From Candidatus Eiseniibacteriota bacterium (GTDB taxonomy: Bacteria; Eisenbacteria; RBG-16-71-46): a stretch of 64,000 bases of DNA. This document shows, in pieces, positions 17,659 through 28,256 of the stretch. The notes beneath the pieces are model-generated. The model searched no databases, had not been told where the DNA came from, and saw only the letters and a list, made by a program, of their open reading frames with translations. Numbering within the stretch: the stretch's first letter is position 1; each line of letters starts with the position of its first letter. The translations under genes were made by a program, and so were the position numbers. Location: NCBI GenBank assembly GCA_044223005.1, contig JBGAML010000011.1, forward strand, positions 9,169 through 73,168, read 5' to 3'.

Positions 17659-18566
17659 AGACGCTCGCGGTCGTCGTGCTCGGCTGGAACGGCCTCGCGC
17701 TCACGCGCGCGACCCTCGACTCGCTCGCGCGCTGCCGCGTGCCCGAGGGCTGGACGGCGCGCGTCATTCTCGTCGACAACGCATCCTCCGACGGCTCGCC
17801 CGCCGCGATCGCGGCCGAGTACCCGTGGGTGACGCTGATCGCGCTGCCGGAGAACCGGCGCTTCGCCGGGGGCAACAACGTCGGCATCACGCGCGCGCTC
17901 GACGAGGGCGCCGACGCGGTGATGCTGCTCAACAATGACGTGCAGGCCGACCCGGGTCTCTACGAGAAGCTCCTCGCCGCGCTCGCCGAGCGTCCCGACG
18001 CGGGCGCCGCGGCGCCGCTGATCTACCACGCCGCGCCGACCGACGTGATCTGGTACGCCGGCGGCCGCTGCGACGTCGGGCTCGCGCACACCTCGCACGT
18101 CGGGATTCGCGAACGCGACCGCGGCCAGTACCGCGCGATCGAGGAGACGGGCTACCTGACCGGCTGCTGCCTGCTCGCGACCGCGGACGCGTGGCGGCGC
18201 GTCGGCCTGCTCGACGAGGGCTACTACATCTACGCCGAGGACGCCGACTGGTCGCTGCGCGCGCGCGCCGCCGGATTCCGGCTGCTGTTCGTCCCCACGG
18301 CCCGGCTCTGGCACGAGGTGAGCGCCAGCAGCGGCGGAGCGGCGAACCCGTGGAAGATCTACCAGCGCCTGCGCGCCAACCTCCGGCTGCTCTCGCGTCA
18401 CGCCCGCGGCGTGGACTGGGTGACGTGGCCCGTGGCGTTCCTGGCGCAGCAGGTGGCGCTCTGGACGGTGCTGGCGCTGCGTGGGAACTTCGGGGCGGCC
18501 ATGGCCGTGCCGCGCGCGCTCGTCGACGCGCTGGTGGCCCGCAACCCCGCGGAGGTGAGACCGTGA
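17655..18566 (+). CDS. Glycosyltransferase family 2 (GT2_like_c / rhamnosyltransferase-like)
   Basis: LVDNASSDGS, NRRFAGGNNVG, LLNND, TGCCLL, LDEGYYIYAEDADW. Confidence 0.9.
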   Translation: MKTLAVVVLGWNGLALTRATLDSLARCRVPEGWTARVILVDNASSDGSPAAIAAEYPWVTLIALPENRRFAGGNNVGITRALDEGADAVMLLNNDVQADPGLYEKLLAALAERPDAGAAAPLIYHAAPTDVIWYAGGRCDVGLAHTSHVGIRERDRGQYRAIEETGYLTGCCLLATADAWRRVGLLDEGYYIYAEDADWSLRARAAGFRLLFVPTARLWHEVSASSGGAANPWKIYQRLRANLRLLSRHARGVDWVTWPVAFLAQQVALWTVLALRGNFGAAMAVPRALVDALVARNPAEVRP

Positions 18567-19417
18567 CCCTGGCGCTCGCGCGCAAACCCGAAGCCGCTCC
18601 CGGCGAACCGCCGGTGTTCCTGCGCGAGGTGATCGCGTCGCAGCCGCAGGGCGCGCGCGTGCTCGACGCGGGCTGTGGCCCGGGCTCGTGGCCGTACGAC
18701 ATTCGCCCCGACCTCGACATCACCGGCTTCGACATCAAGTTCCCGCCGGGCCCGCCGCCGCGCTCGGCCACCGTGCGCGTCTTCCGCGGCGACCTCGCGC
18801 GGCTGCCGCTCGCGCCGGAGTCGTTCGACCTCACCGTGTGCCACTACGTGCTCGAGCACGTGAGCGAGCTCGAGGCCTGCGCCGACGAACTCGTGCGCGT
18901 CACGCGCACGGGCGGCACGCTCTACCTGTCGGTGCCGCGTGCCGCGGCGTTCGACGACCGGCTCTATCGCTTCGCCGGCTACTTCGCCAAGTACGCACTC
19001 ATGAAGTTCAAGAAGCGGATCGAGCACCAGCAGCGCTTCGATCTCGCGGGGCTGCTCGCGCTCTTCGCGCGCCGGGGCATGCAGCCGACGGCGCACGCGT
19101 TCGTGCCCGCGGGCTTCTCGTGGATGAACGATCCGCGCACCAAGCCGCTGCAGGGCGCGTTCACCGACGCGCTCGCGGGGCTGCATCGCGTGACCGGGAT
19201 CGATCTCGCCGCCGACGCCAACTTCGTCTTCACCTTCGTCAAACGTGGTGGGCCGATCGCGCCGCTCGTTCCCATCGCGCTGCCCGGCCACCGGCGCGTG
19301 ACGCACGTCTGCCGCGACTGCGGCGAGCACGCGATCGTCGAGACGCGCCCGCCGTACCCCGTGACGTGGACCTGCCCGTGGTGCGGGAAGCCGAACCCGT
19401 TCGGGCGGCCGCGGTGA
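18563..19417 (+). CDS. SAM-dependent methyltransferase with C-terminal zinc ribbon
   Basis: VLDAGCGPG, LPLAPESFD, VLEHV; C-terminal CRDC...CPWC. Confidence 0.8.
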   Translation: MTLALARKPEAAPGEPPVFLREVIASQPQGARVLDAGCGPGSWPYDIRPDLDITGFDIKFPPGPPPRSATVRVFRGDLARLPLAPESFDLTVCHYVLEHVSELEACADELVRVTRTGGTLYLSVPRAAAFDDRLYRFAGYFAKYALMKFKKRIEHQQRFDLAGLLALFARRGMQPTAHAFVPAGFSWMNDPRTKPLQGAFTDALAGLHRVTGIDLAADANFVFTFVKRGGPIAPLVPIALPGHRRVTHVCRDCGEHAIVETRPPYPVTWTCPWCGKPNPFGRPR

Positions 19418-19430
19418 GCGGGGGCGCATC

Positions 19431-20444
19431 GTGAAGGTCCTGCAGGCGCCGTCGGAGATCGCGGGCCAGACGAGCATCCTCGCGCGCGCGCTCCGCGACC
19501 TCGGCGTGGAGGCGTGGTCGCTCGCGACCAACCCCACGTTCGCGGCCTACGCCGTGGACGAGATGCGCCCGTACGACGCGATGCCTGTGCTGCCGCGTTA
19601 CGCCGGCTACGCGGGCCTCGCCGCGAAGCACCTGCTGCGCTGGGACGTGTTCCACTTCCACTTCGGGCGCACGCTGATCCCGCCGCACAACTTCGACCTG
19701 CCGCTCTACCGCGCGATGGGGAAGAAGCTGGTGTTCCACTTCCACGGCTGCGACGTGCGGAGCCGCGCCCACATGCGCGCCACGCACGCGCATTCCACGT
19801 GCACCGAGTGCGACCCGCCCTTCTGCATTCCCGCGCGCCAGAAGCGCGTGCTCGGCGAGGCCGAGCGGTTCGCGCACGCGCAGATCGTCTCGACGCCGGA
19901 CCTGCTCGAGTCGGCGCCGCGCGCGCAGCAGGTGCACGTCGCGGTCTGGCTGCCCGACTACCCGGCCGCGGGGTTCCGCGAGACGCCGAAACTCGTGCTG
20001 CACGCGCCGACCAACCGCCTGATCAAGGGCACGCCGTACGTCGAGCGTGCGTTCGAGGCGCTCCGGCCGCGGTTCCCCGGCGTGGAGTTCCGCATCCTCG
20101 AGAAGAAGTCGTGGCCGGACCTCAAGGCCGCGATGGCCGAGTGCGACGTGTTCGTGGACCAGCTGCACATGGGCTGGTACGGCATGGTGACCGCCGAGGC
20201 GATGGCCATGTCGCGGCCGTCGCTCTGCTACATCCGGCCGGACTTCGAGCCGCGCCTGAAGGACTGCCCGGTGGTCCGCACGAGCGTCGAGACGCTCACC
20301 GAGGACCTCGCGGCGCTGCTCCAGGACGCGCCGCGCCGCCGCGAGCTGGGCGAGCGGGGGCGGGCCTACGTCGAGCGCGAACACGAGGCGCACGTGATCG
20401 CCGGCCACCTGATCGCGCTCTACCGGAGCCTCGGGGCCGCGTGA
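19431..20444 (+). CDS. Glycosyltransferase (GT4-like)
   Basis: FHFHGCDVR, HAPTNRLIKGT, DQLHMGWYGMVTAEAMAM, GERGRAYVEREH. Confidence 0.82.
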   Translation: MKVLQAPSEIAGQTSILARALRDLGVEAWSLATNPTFAAYAVDEMRPYDAMPVLPRYAGYAGLAAKHLLRWDVFHFHFGRTLIPPHNFDLPLYRAMGKKLVFHFHGCDVRSRAHMRATHAHSTCTECDPPFCIPARQKRVLGEAERFAHAQIVSTPDLLESAPRAQQVHVAVWLPDYPAAGFRETPKLVLHAPTNRLIKGTPYVERAFEALRPRFPGVEFRILEKKSWPDLKAAMAECDVFVDQLHMGWYGMVTAEAMAMSRPSLCYIRPDFEPRLKDCPVVRTSVETLTEDLAALLQDAPRRRELGERGRAYVEREHEAHVIAGHLIALYRSLGAA

Positions 20445-21910
20445 GCATCCGCGATTCCCTCAAGCGCCTCTCGGGCGATTCGCTGGTCTACGGCCTCGGC
20501 CAGGTCGGCGGGCGCGTGGTCAACCTGCTGCTCGTACCGGTGCTCACGCGCGTCCTCGTGCCGCAGCAGTACGGCGTCGCCGACCTGGTCACCGCCTACT
20601 CGGCCAGCGCGCTGCTCGTGCTCGTGTTCGGCATGGACAGCGCGCTCGCCCGTTTCTTCTACGAGCAGCCCGACCGCGAGGCGCGGATCCGCATGGCGTC
20701 GTCGTCGTTCGTCTGGCGCGTGGCGCTCGGCGGCACGGTCGCGGTGCTGATCGCGCTCTTCGCGGGCCCGATCGCCGAGCGGCTCCTGGGCGGCGCGGTG
20801 TACGCCAAGTACCTGCGCATCGGCGCACTCACGCTGCCCTTCACGCTGCTGGGACTGTTCGCGAACGACGTCCTGCGCGTCACGTTCCAGCCGTGGAAGT
20901 TCATCGCGCTCAACGTGAGCCAGACGGTGTTCGTGGGTGGCTTCACGCTCTTCTTCGTGCTCGAGCGCAAGCTCGGCGTGGCCGGCGTGCTCTACGGCAA
21001 GCTGATCGGCGACGCGTTCGCGGCGACGCTCGGCGTGATCCTCTGCCGCCACAGCTTGAAGCCCCGCTTCAGCCGCACGCTGCTGAAGCGCATGCTCGCG
21101 TTCGGCGCGCCGCTCGTGCCCGTGTCGATTGCGTACGGCGTGATCGGCTTCGTGGACCGCGAGGCGCTGCAGCGCACCACGTCGCTCGAGGCCGTGGGCA
21201 TCTACGGCGTGGCCATGAAGTTCTTCGCGGTGATCACCATGGGCGTGCAGGCGTTCAACCTCGCGTTCGGCCCGTTCGCCTACGCTCGCGCCAAGGACCC
21301 CGACGCGCCGCGGCTGTACGCGCGCGTGATCGCGCTCTACGTCGCGCTCGCCTCGCTGGGCGCGCTGCTCGTCGGCGTCTTCGCGCCGGCGATCGTGGGC
21401 GTGCTCGCGACCGCGCGCTACGCCGACGCCGCTCGGCCCGCGCTCTGGCTCGCGTTCGCCGCGGTGGCGCAGGGCGCGTACTCGGTGGTGACGCTCGGGC
21501 TCACGCTGTCGCTGCGCACCACGTGGCTCGGCTTCATCGCCGGCGCGGCCGCGCTCGTCGCCGTGATCGCGAACCAGCTGCTCACGCCGCGGCTCGGCGC
21601 CGAGGGTGCGGCGATGTCGACGTTCCTCGCGCACACGGCGTCGTCGGTGTTCGCCTACCTGGCGGCGCAGCGCGTGATGCCGTTCCCGTACCGTGGCGCG
21701 CGGCTGGCCGCGCTCTTCGGCGGGGCGCTGGCGATCGGCGTCGCCGTGGTGCGCTTGGCGCCGCCGGGGCTGGCGGGCGCAGGCGTCAAGGCGGGAGGCG
21801 TGCTGGCGTACGTGGCGTTCGCCGCGGCGCTCGAGATCTGGAAGGACCGGGGTGCGGTGCGGCATCGGCCGTCCGCGCCCGTGACGAACGGGCCGCGAGG
21901 AGGAGCCTGA
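20441..21910 (+). CDS. Wzx-type oligosaccharide flippase (MOP superfamily)
   Basis: SLVYGLG..LLVPVLTRVL..YG, GMDSALARF, FGAPLVP, VGIYGVA; about 12-14 TM. Confidence 0.88.
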   Translation: MSIRDSLKRLSGDSLVYGLGQVGGRVVNLLLVPVLTRVLVPQQYGVADLVTAYSASALLVLVFGMDSALARFFYEQPDREARIRMASSSFVWRVALGGTVAVLIALFAGPIAERLLGGAVYAKYLRIGALTLPFTLLGLFANDVLRVTFQPWKFIALNVSQTVFVGGFTLFFVLERKLGVAGVLYGKLIGDAFAATLGVILCRHSLKPRFSRTLLKRMLAFGAPLVPVSIAYGVIGFVDREALQRTTSLEAVGIYGVAMKFFAVITMGVQAFNLAFGPFAYARAKDPDAPRLYARVIALYVALASLGALLVGVFAPAIVGVLATARYADAARPALWLAFAAVAQGAYSVVTLGLTLSLRTTWLGFIAGAAALVAVIANQLLTPRLGAEGAAMSTFLAHTASSVFAYLAAQRVMPFPYRGARLAALFGGALAIGVAVVRLAPPGLAGAGVKAGGVLAYVAFAAALEIWKDRGAVRHRPSAPVTNGPRGGA

Positions 21911-21913
21911 CGC

Positions 21914-23971
21914 ATGTGCGGGATCGCCGGACTCTGGGAACGCGACGGCCGGATCGACTTCGGGCGGCTGCACCGCATCGCCGCGATCATGCGGCACCGC
22001 GGGCCGGACGACGAGGGGCTCGCGCTCTTCGACGCCGCGAGCGGCGCGGTGCGCGTGCACGGCGGCCCGGACACGCCCTCTGAGGTGTTCGCCTCCGACC
22101 TGCCGTGGTCGCCGGGGCGCTCGAGCGACGACGCGCGCGACGCGTGCTGGTCGGTGGGGCTGCTGCACCGCCGGCTGGCGATCGTCGACTTGAGCCCGTC
22201 CGGGCACCAGCCCATGTGCGACGCGCGCCGGCGCCACTGGATCACGTACAACGGCGAGATCTACAACTTCCCCGAGCTGCGCGACGAACTCGCCGGCCTC
22301 GGCCACGTGTTCACGGGCACCTCGGACACCGAGGTGATCCTCGCCGCGTACGCGCAGTGGGGCGAGGACTGCCTGTCGCACTTCAACGGCATGTTCGGGC
22401 TCGCGCTCTGGGACACCGAGCGCCGCGCGCTCTTCTGCGCCCGCGACCGCCTGGGCGTGAAGCCGTTCTACTACCAGTGGGACGGCCGCTCGTTCGCGTT
22501 CGCGTCCGAACCGCGCTCGCTCGTGCTCACGCAGCGCACGCGGCCCGCGCCGCGGCTGGACGCGATCCGCGACCTGCTCGCGCTCGACTGGGTCGACCAC
22601 GGCGCGCTCACGTTCTTCGAGGGCCTCGAGCAGCTGCCCGCCGCGCACGCGCTGACGCTGGACCGCAACGGCCTGCGCCTGCGCCGCTGGTGGTCGCTCG
22701 ACCCGCACGCACGCGAGTCGGGGTCTTCCGAGGACCTCGCGCGGCGCTACGGCGAGCTGTTCACCGACGCCGTGCGCATCCGGCTGCGCGCCGACGTCGA
22801 GGTGGGCACGTGCCTCTCGGGCGGGCTCGACTCGAGCGCGGTGATCACCACCGCGGCGGGTGAGGCGAGGCGCGGCCTGCACGCGTTCTCGTGCGCGTAC
22901 GACGACGGCCCCGCGTTCGACGAGCGGCCGTGGATGAAGGCCGCGGCCGAGGCCGCGGGCGCGAACCTGCATTTCACCATTCCGGACGGCGCCGACTTCT
23001 GGCCGGTGTTCGACGCGCTCGCGCTCGCGCAGGACGAGCCGACCGCGGGCCCGGGCGTCTACTCGCAGTGGAAGGTGATGGAACTCGCACGCGCGACCGG
23101 CCTCAAGGTGCTGCTCGACGGCCAGGGCGGCGACGAGACGCTCGCGGGCTACTTCCGCTACCTGCCCACTCGGCTGCGCGACCTGCTCGAGGCCGGCGAC
23201 GTGAGCGGCTTCGTCGCGCTCTGGGGTTCGGTCGCCGACCGGCTCGGGACGCCGACCGCTCTCCTGCACACGTTCGAGCCGTGGCTGCCCGCGCCGCTCG
23301 TCGCGGCCGTGCGCCAGCGCTTCGGCCAGGGCAAGGACCGCGTGCTCGCGCGCGCGCTCGCCGCGCGCCGCACCGATCCGCCGGCGTGGCCGCGCGCCGA
23401 GCGTTCGGGCCTGTGGCGCCACCTCGCGTTCGACACGCTCGTGCGCCAGCTGCCGAGCCTGCTCCGCTACGAGGACCGCAACTCGATGGCGTTCTCGATC
23501 GAGACGCGCCTGCCGTTCCTCGACTACCGCGTCGTCGAGTTCGCGTTCGCGCTGCCCGACCACGCCAAGCTCGAGGGTTCGACCACCAAGGCGATCGCGC
23601 GCCGCGCGTTCGCCGGCCGCGTGCCGCCCTCGGTGCTGGCGCGCCGCGACAAGATGGGCTTCGAGACGCCCGCCGATCTCTGGATGCGATCGCGCTGGCC
23701 CGACGAGGTGCGGCGGCGCCTGCGCCGCCCGGGTCCGTTCCAGGACTGGGTCGACGCGGGCGAGATCGCCGCGCAGGCCGAGGCCGCGCTCGGCGGCCGC
23801 CGCGCGATCGGGCTGCAGCTCTGGCGCTGGCTCGCGCTCGAAGCGTGGTCGCAGCGCTTCGTCGCGCGGGATCCGCGCGTGATCGACCGCGTCGAGGACC
23901 GTTCCGACGAAGGCGCCGGCCGGCTCCTGACGCGCGAGGCGGCCGACGCTCGCGCCGGGGTGGGGGACTGA
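21914..23971 (+). CDS. asnB: Glutamine-hydrolysing asparagine synthetase family amidotransferase (WbpS-like sugar amidation likely)
   Basis: MCGIAG, HRGPDD, HRRLAIVDLS..GHQPM, NGEIYN, RDRLGVKP, LSGGLDSS, DGQGGDE, EDRNSMAFSIETRLPFLD. Confidence 0.93.
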   Translation: MCGIAGLWERDGRIDFGRLHRIAAIMRHRGPDDEGLALFDAASGAVRVHGGPDTPSEVFASDLPWSPGRSSDDARDACWSVGLLHRRLAIVDLSPSGHQPMCDARRRHWITYNGEIYNFPELRDELAGLGHVFTGTSDTEVILAAYAQWGEDCLSHFNGMFGLALWDTERRALFCARDRLGVKPFYYQWDGRSFAFASEPRSLVLTQRTRPAPRLDAIRDLLALDWVDHGALTFFEGLEQLPAAHALTLDRNGLRLRRWWSLDPHARESGSSEDLARRYGELFTDAVRIRLRADVEVGTCLSGGLDSSAVITTAAGEARRGLHAFSCAYDDGPAFDERPWMKAAAEAAGANLHFTIPDGADFWPVFDALALAQDEPTAGPGVYSQWKVMELARATGLKVLLDGQGGDETLAGYFRYLPTRLRDLLEAGDVSGFVALWGSVADRLGTPTALLHTFEPWLPAPLVAAVRQRFGQGKDRVLARALAARRTDPPAWPRAERSGLWRHLAFDTLVRQLPSLLRYEDRNSMAFSIETRLPFLDYRVVEFAFALPDHAKLEGSTTKAIARRAFAGRVPPSVLARRDKMGFETPADLWMRSRWPDEVRRRLRRPGPFQDWVDAGEIAAQAEAALGGRRAIGLQLWRWLALEAWSQRFVARDPRVIDRVEDRSDEGAGRLLTREAADARAGVGD

Positions 23972-23976
23972 GGCCC

Positions 23977-25101
23977 GTGGACCTGCTCGTCCTCTCCGAG
24001 GTGCGCTGGGGCTACTTCCGGACCCGGAAGCAGTTCCTGCTGTCGCGCTTTCCGGCGCCCTGGCGGATCTTCTTCGCCCAGCCGCCGGCCTTCGGCGGGG
24101 ACGACCCGTGGACGCCGCGGACCGAGGGCCGGGTCACCTACTTCACGGTGCCGTTCCTCAAGCCCGGCACGCAGAGTCCGCTCTACAACCGGGTCGCGGA
24201 TACCGCCCCGGGCCGGGCCGGGATCGAGCTGGCGGCCGAAATCCACCTCGCCCGCATGCTCCGGCGGCTCGACGTGGACCCCGAACCGGTGGTCCTGGTG
24301 AGCAACATCTACTGCCCGGGAACGCTTTCGCGGCTGCGCAAGAAGCTGGTACTCTACGATTTCAACGACAACCCCTTCCAGTTCTCCACGAGCCCCCCGT
24401 GGGCCCGGGAGTACTGGCCGCGCACCGTCCGGCAGGCCGAAGCCGTGTTCGTGGTGTCGGAGTACTACCGCCGTCAGCTCGCCGGGGAGACCGATCGGCC
24501 CTTGATCCTGCTCGGGAACGGAGTCGAGATGGCGCATTTCGAGACCCCGAAGCCGGTTCCGGCGGACCTCGCGGCGCTGCCGCGCCCCTGGATCGGCTAC
24601 GTGGGCCTGCTCTCGCACTTCCTCGATTTCGACGTGCTCGAGTCGCTGCGCGAAAACCGCCGCGGCGGGACGGTGGTCCTGATCGGCCCCGGCTCGCCCG
24701 CGACCGATGCCGCGATCGCATCCTTCGGGGCGCGCGAGGGCGTCGCGGTGCTGGGCCCGCGGCCCTACGCCGACGTGCCGGCGTACATGCAGGCGCTCGA
24801 CGTCGGCGTGATCCCGTTCCGGGCGAGCGATCCGTTCGTGCAGGGGATCAACCCCAACAAGGTCTACCAGTACCTGGCCGCGGGCGCCGCGGTCGTCACC
24901 ACGCCGGTGCTCGACCTGCCCGAGTCCGCGCCGGACCTGAACTACGCCGCCACGCCGGACGCGTGGGCGCGCGCGCTCGGCGCCGCGCTCGACGCACCGT
25001 CCGACCGCGCGCGGCGCCGCGCGCTCGCCCGACCCCACGACTGGGACGCGCTCGCGGCTCGCATGGTCGCCGAGATCGAGGCGCGGCTCGCCGCCGCCTG
25101 A
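23977..25101 (+). CDS. Glycosyltransferase (GT-B, TuaH-like)
   Basis: RTRKQFL, GNGVE, IGYVG, GPRPYADVPAYMQALDVGVIPF, NPNKVYQYLAAG. Confidence 0.85.
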   Translation: MDLLVLSEVRWGYFRTRKQFLLSRFPAPWRIFFAQPPAFGGDDPWTPRTEGRVTYFTVPFLKPGTQSPLYNRVADTAPGRAGIELAAEIHLARMLRRLDVDPEPVVLVSNIYCPGTLSRLRKKLVLYDFNDNPFQFSTSPPWAREYWPRTVRQAEAVFVVSEYYRRQLAGETDRPLILLGNGVEMAHFETPKPVPADLAALPRPWIGYVGLLSHFLDFDVLESLRENRRGGTVVLIGPGSPATDAAIASFGAREGVAVLGPRPYADVPAYMQALDVGVIPFRASDPFVQGINPNKVYQYLAAGAAVVTTPVLDLPESAPDLNYAATPDAWARALGAALDAPSDRARRRALARPHDWDALAARMVAEIEARLAAA

Positions 25102-25117
25102 ACCCCTTCGAGGACGC

Positions 25118-27535
25118 ATGACCCCGCCGAAGCCGACGCCGAAACCGGCCGCGAAGCCCGCGGCGACGCCGCACCACTTCACGCTCACCGCCGCGTGGGC
25201 GGCCGCGCTGCTGGCGCTGCTCACGGTCCTGTTCTTCCACGACGTCTCGCTCGGCGGCAAGACGTTCGTCTCGCCCGACGCCACCGCGCCGGTGGGCTTC
25301 GTGCGCATCGGCGAGCAGGTGCTCTGGCAGCAGCACGTCTACCCGCTCTGGAACCCGTTCGTCTTCCTGGGCATGCCCTCGTTCGGCTCGGGCGCGTACA
25401 ACCCGCTCATCTACCCGCCGGACTGGCCGGTCGCGCTGGTGCAGAAGGCGCTGCCGCTGCCCGAGATGACGTGGATGCTGATCTACTACTTCCTCGGCGG
25501 GCTCTTCTTCTTCCTGCTCGCGCGCGAATGGAACGCGCGGCCCGAGGGGGCGCTGATGGGCGCGATCGCGTTCGTCTTCGCGCCCAACCTGGTCGCGGTC
25601 GGCGCGCACGGGCACGGCAGCCAGCTCGTCGACTCGGCCTACCTGCCGCTGCTCGTGTGGCTCGCCGCGCGCTGGATGCGGCGGGGGAGCCTCGCCGATC
25701 TCGGCTGGCTCGCGATCGCGGGCGGGTTCCAGTTCCTGCGCGGGCACGTGCAGATCTGCTTCTACACCTGGATCGCGGTGGTGCTGTACGGCGGCGTCGA
25801 CCTGCTCGCGTCGCTGCGCACGCCGTCCGAGGTGGGGCCGAAGTTCGGCCGCGCGCTCGGCCTGGGTGTCGCGGCGGCACTCGCGTTCGGCGTGGCGGGT
25901 TTCTACAACCTGCCGCTCAAGGACTACGCGCAGTACTCGATCCGCGGCGGCACGGACGGCAGCGGCGGCGTGGGCATGGACTACGCGACGCAGTGGTCGA
26001 TGGCGCCCTACGAGCTGCCCGCGGTCGTCATGCCCAACTTCGTCGGCTTCGGCGGCGCGACCTACTGGGGCTCGATGCCGTTCACGGACTACCCGAACGC
26101 GTTCATGGGCATCGTCGCCGTGCTGCTCGCGCTGCCCGCGTTCGCGCTGCGCGGCCGCCAGCAGGTCTACGCGTTCGCGCTCGGGCTGGTGGCGCTGCTG
26201 ATCTCGTTCGGCAGCCACTTCCCACTCTACCAGTTCCTCTACGACCACCTGCCGCAGTTCAAGAAGTTCCGCATCCCGGTCATGGTGATCATCCTCTTCC
26301 AGCTCTCGGTCGCGCTCGCGCTCGCGTGGGGCTGGACCGCGCTGCTCGCCGGCGGCGGGGGAGCGAAGGCCACGAAGCGGAGCACCGCCGAGACGCTGCT
26401 GCTCGCGGGCGGGGCGCTGCTGCTGCTGGCCGGCGTGATCGTCTCCGCGGGCGGCGAGGGCCTGCGCGCCGGCTACGTGGCGTACGCGATGGCGCACAAG
26501 CCGCAGTTCGATCCGCGCCTCGCCTCGGCGGCGTTCGACGCATTCAAGGGCGACGTCGGCCGCACGGTGTTCCTCGGCCTCGCGGCGGTGGCGCTGGCGT
26601 GGCTCGCCGCGCGTGGCCGGCTGGGCGCGGGGCTCGCGAGCGTGCTCGTGACCGCGTTGCTGCTCTTCAGCCTGTGGCCCATCAGCCGCCAGGTGATGGA
26701 GCCGGTGATCGGCGATCCGGTCGCGCGCAACCTCGAGGCGGGCCGGGACGATGTCGTGGACTTCCTCACGCAGCAGGGTGGCTGGGGTGACTTCCGCGTG
26801 CTCGACGTGGAGAAAGGCAACAAGCTCGCCGGCTTCGGCATCGGCACGCTGAACGGCTACCACGCGGCGAAGCTGCGGCTCTTCCAGGACCTCTTGGACG
26901 GTCCGCTGTTCAACAGTCCGCGCTGGCTCGCGCTCGTCAACGCGAGGTACATCGTGCTGCCGCAGCCCATGGATCCCGGGCAGACGCCACCCTTCCTCAA
27001 GTCGGTGCACGAGGGTTCGGCGGTCGTCTACGAGAACCTCGCGGTGCTGCCGCGCGCGACGATCGTGTCCGGCTACGGCGTGCTGCCCGACACCGGCCGG
27101 GCGGCGATCGATTCGGTCGCGATCGGCTCGCGCGATCCGCGGAACTGGACCTGGCTGACGAAGGACCCGAAGGTCGCGCTCGGTCCCGTGGACGGTGCCA
27201 CCGTCAAGGTCACGCGCTACACCCTGCACGACGTGGACATCGACGTCACCACGCCCGGGGCCGGCATCGTCCGGCTCGCCGACCAGTGGTACCCGGACTG
27301 GAAGGCGACGGTGGACGGCAAGCCCACCGAGATCCTCCGCGCCGACCACGCCCTGCGGGCCGTGGTGGTGCCGGCCGGCCACCACGTGGTCACGTTCCAC
27401 TACGACTCCGGCAGCGTCCACCGGGGCTTCGCGCTCTCGCTGGGGAGCCTCGCCGTGGCGGTCCTGCTGCTGGTCGCCGGGCTCTTCCTGGGCCGCCGTC
27501 CGGCCCCGGCGCCCGCGCCCGCCGAGGGAGCCTGA
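25118..27535 (+). CDS. YfhO family GT-C membrane glycosyltransferase
   Basis: PLWNPFVFLGMPSF, GHVQICFY, FRIPVM; C-terminal WYPDWKATVDGKPTEILRADHALRAVVVPAGHHVVTFHY plus a final TM. Confidence 0.88.
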   Translation: MTPPKPTPKPAAKPAATPHHFTLTAAWAAALLALLTVLFFHDVSLGGKTFVSPDATAPVGFVRIGEQVLWQQHVYPLWNPFVFLGMPSFGSGAYNPLIYPPDWPVALVQKALPLPEMTWMLIYYFLGGLFFFLLAREWNARPEGALMGAIAFVFAPNLVAVGAHGHGSQLVDSAYLPLLVWLAARWMRRGSLADLGWLAIAGGFQFLRGHVQICFYTWIAVVLYGGVDLLASLRTPSEVGPKFGRALGLGVAAALAFGVAGFYNLPLKDYAQYSIRGGTDGSGGVGMDYATQWSMAPYELPAVVMPNFVGFGGATYWGSMPFTDYPNAFMGIVAVLLALPAFALRGRQQVYAFALGLVALLISFGSHFPLYQFLYDHLPQFKKFRIPVMVIILFQLSVALALAWGWTALLAGGGGAKATKRSTAETLLLAGGALLLLAGVIVSAGGEGLRAGYVAYAMAHKPQFDPRLASAAFDAFKGDVGRTVFLGLAAVALAWLAARGRLGAGLASVLVTALLLFSLWPISRQVMEPVIGDPVARNLEAGRDDVVDFLTQQGGWGDFRVLDVEKGNKLAGFGIGTLNGYHAAKLRLFQDLLDGPLFNSPRWLALVNARYIVLPQPMDPGQTPPFLKSVHEGSAVVYENLAVLPRATIVSGYGVLPDTGRAAIDSVAIGSRDPRNWTWLTKDPKVALGPVDGATVKVTRYTLHDVDIDVTTPGAGIVRLADQWYPDWKATVDGKPTEILRADHALRAVVVPAGHHVVTFHYDSGSVHRGFALSLGSLAVAVLLLVAGLFLGRRPAPAPAPAEGA

Positions 27536-28251
27536 TGGACAAGCTCGTCATCGTCCCGACCTTCAACGAGCGGGAGAACATCGGCGCGATCATCGAGAAG
27601 GTGCTGTCGCTGCCGGAGGGATTCGACATCCTGGTGGTCGACGACGGCTCGCCGGACGGAACCGCGGCCCTGGTCCAGGAGTACCAGCAGCAGTCGGACC
27701 GGGTGCACCTGCTGCAGCGCCCGGGGAAGATGGGGCTCGGCTCGGCCTACCGCGACGGCTTCCGGTACGCGCTGGCCCACGGGGCCGAGTTCATCTTCGA
27801 GATGGACGCCGACTTCTCGCACGATCCGGGCGTGCTGGGAGAGTTCCTCCACCACGCCCAGGATGCCGACATCGTCCTGGGGAGCCGCTACCTGCACGGG
27901 GTCACGGTGGTGAACTGGCCGCTGAGCCGGCTCATCCTGTCGTACTCCGCCAACGTCTACACCCGGATCATCACGGGTCTGCCGCTCGCCGATTCGACCG
28001 GCGGATTCAAGTGCTTCCGTCGCCGGGCCCTCGAGGGCATCCGGCTCGACAAGGTGAAGTCCGAGGGTTACTCGTTCCAGATCGAGATGTCGTACCGCTG
28101 CTGGCGACGGGGCTTCAAGATCAAGGAGATCCCGATCGTGTTCGTCGATCGCCGCGCGGGCGTCTCGAAGATGAGCCGCAAGATCATCTGGGAGGCCGCC
28201 GGGCTCGTGTGGCGGCTGCGCCTGCTGGACCTGTTCGGACGCCTGGAGTGA
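27535..28251 (+). CDS. Polyprenol-phosphate mannose synthase (DPM1/Ppm1-like GT2)
   Basis: VPTFNERENI, VDDGSPDGT, KMGLGSAY..GF, EMDADFSHDP, DSTGGFKCFRR, GYSFQIE, PIVFVDRRAGVSKMS. Confidence 0.92.
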   Translation: MDKLVIVPTFNERENIGAIIEKVLSLPEGFDILVVDDGSPDGTAALVQEYQQQSDRVHLLQRPGKMGLGSAYRDGFRYALAHGAEFIFEMDADFSHDPGVLGEFLHHAQDADIVLGSRYLHGVTVVNWPLSRLILSYSANVYTRIITGLPLADSTGGFKCFRRRALEGIRLDKVKSEGYSFQIEMSYRCWRRGFKIKEIPIVFVDRRAGVSKMSRKIIWEAAGLVWRLRLLDLFGRLE

Positions 28252-28256
28252 ACGGC

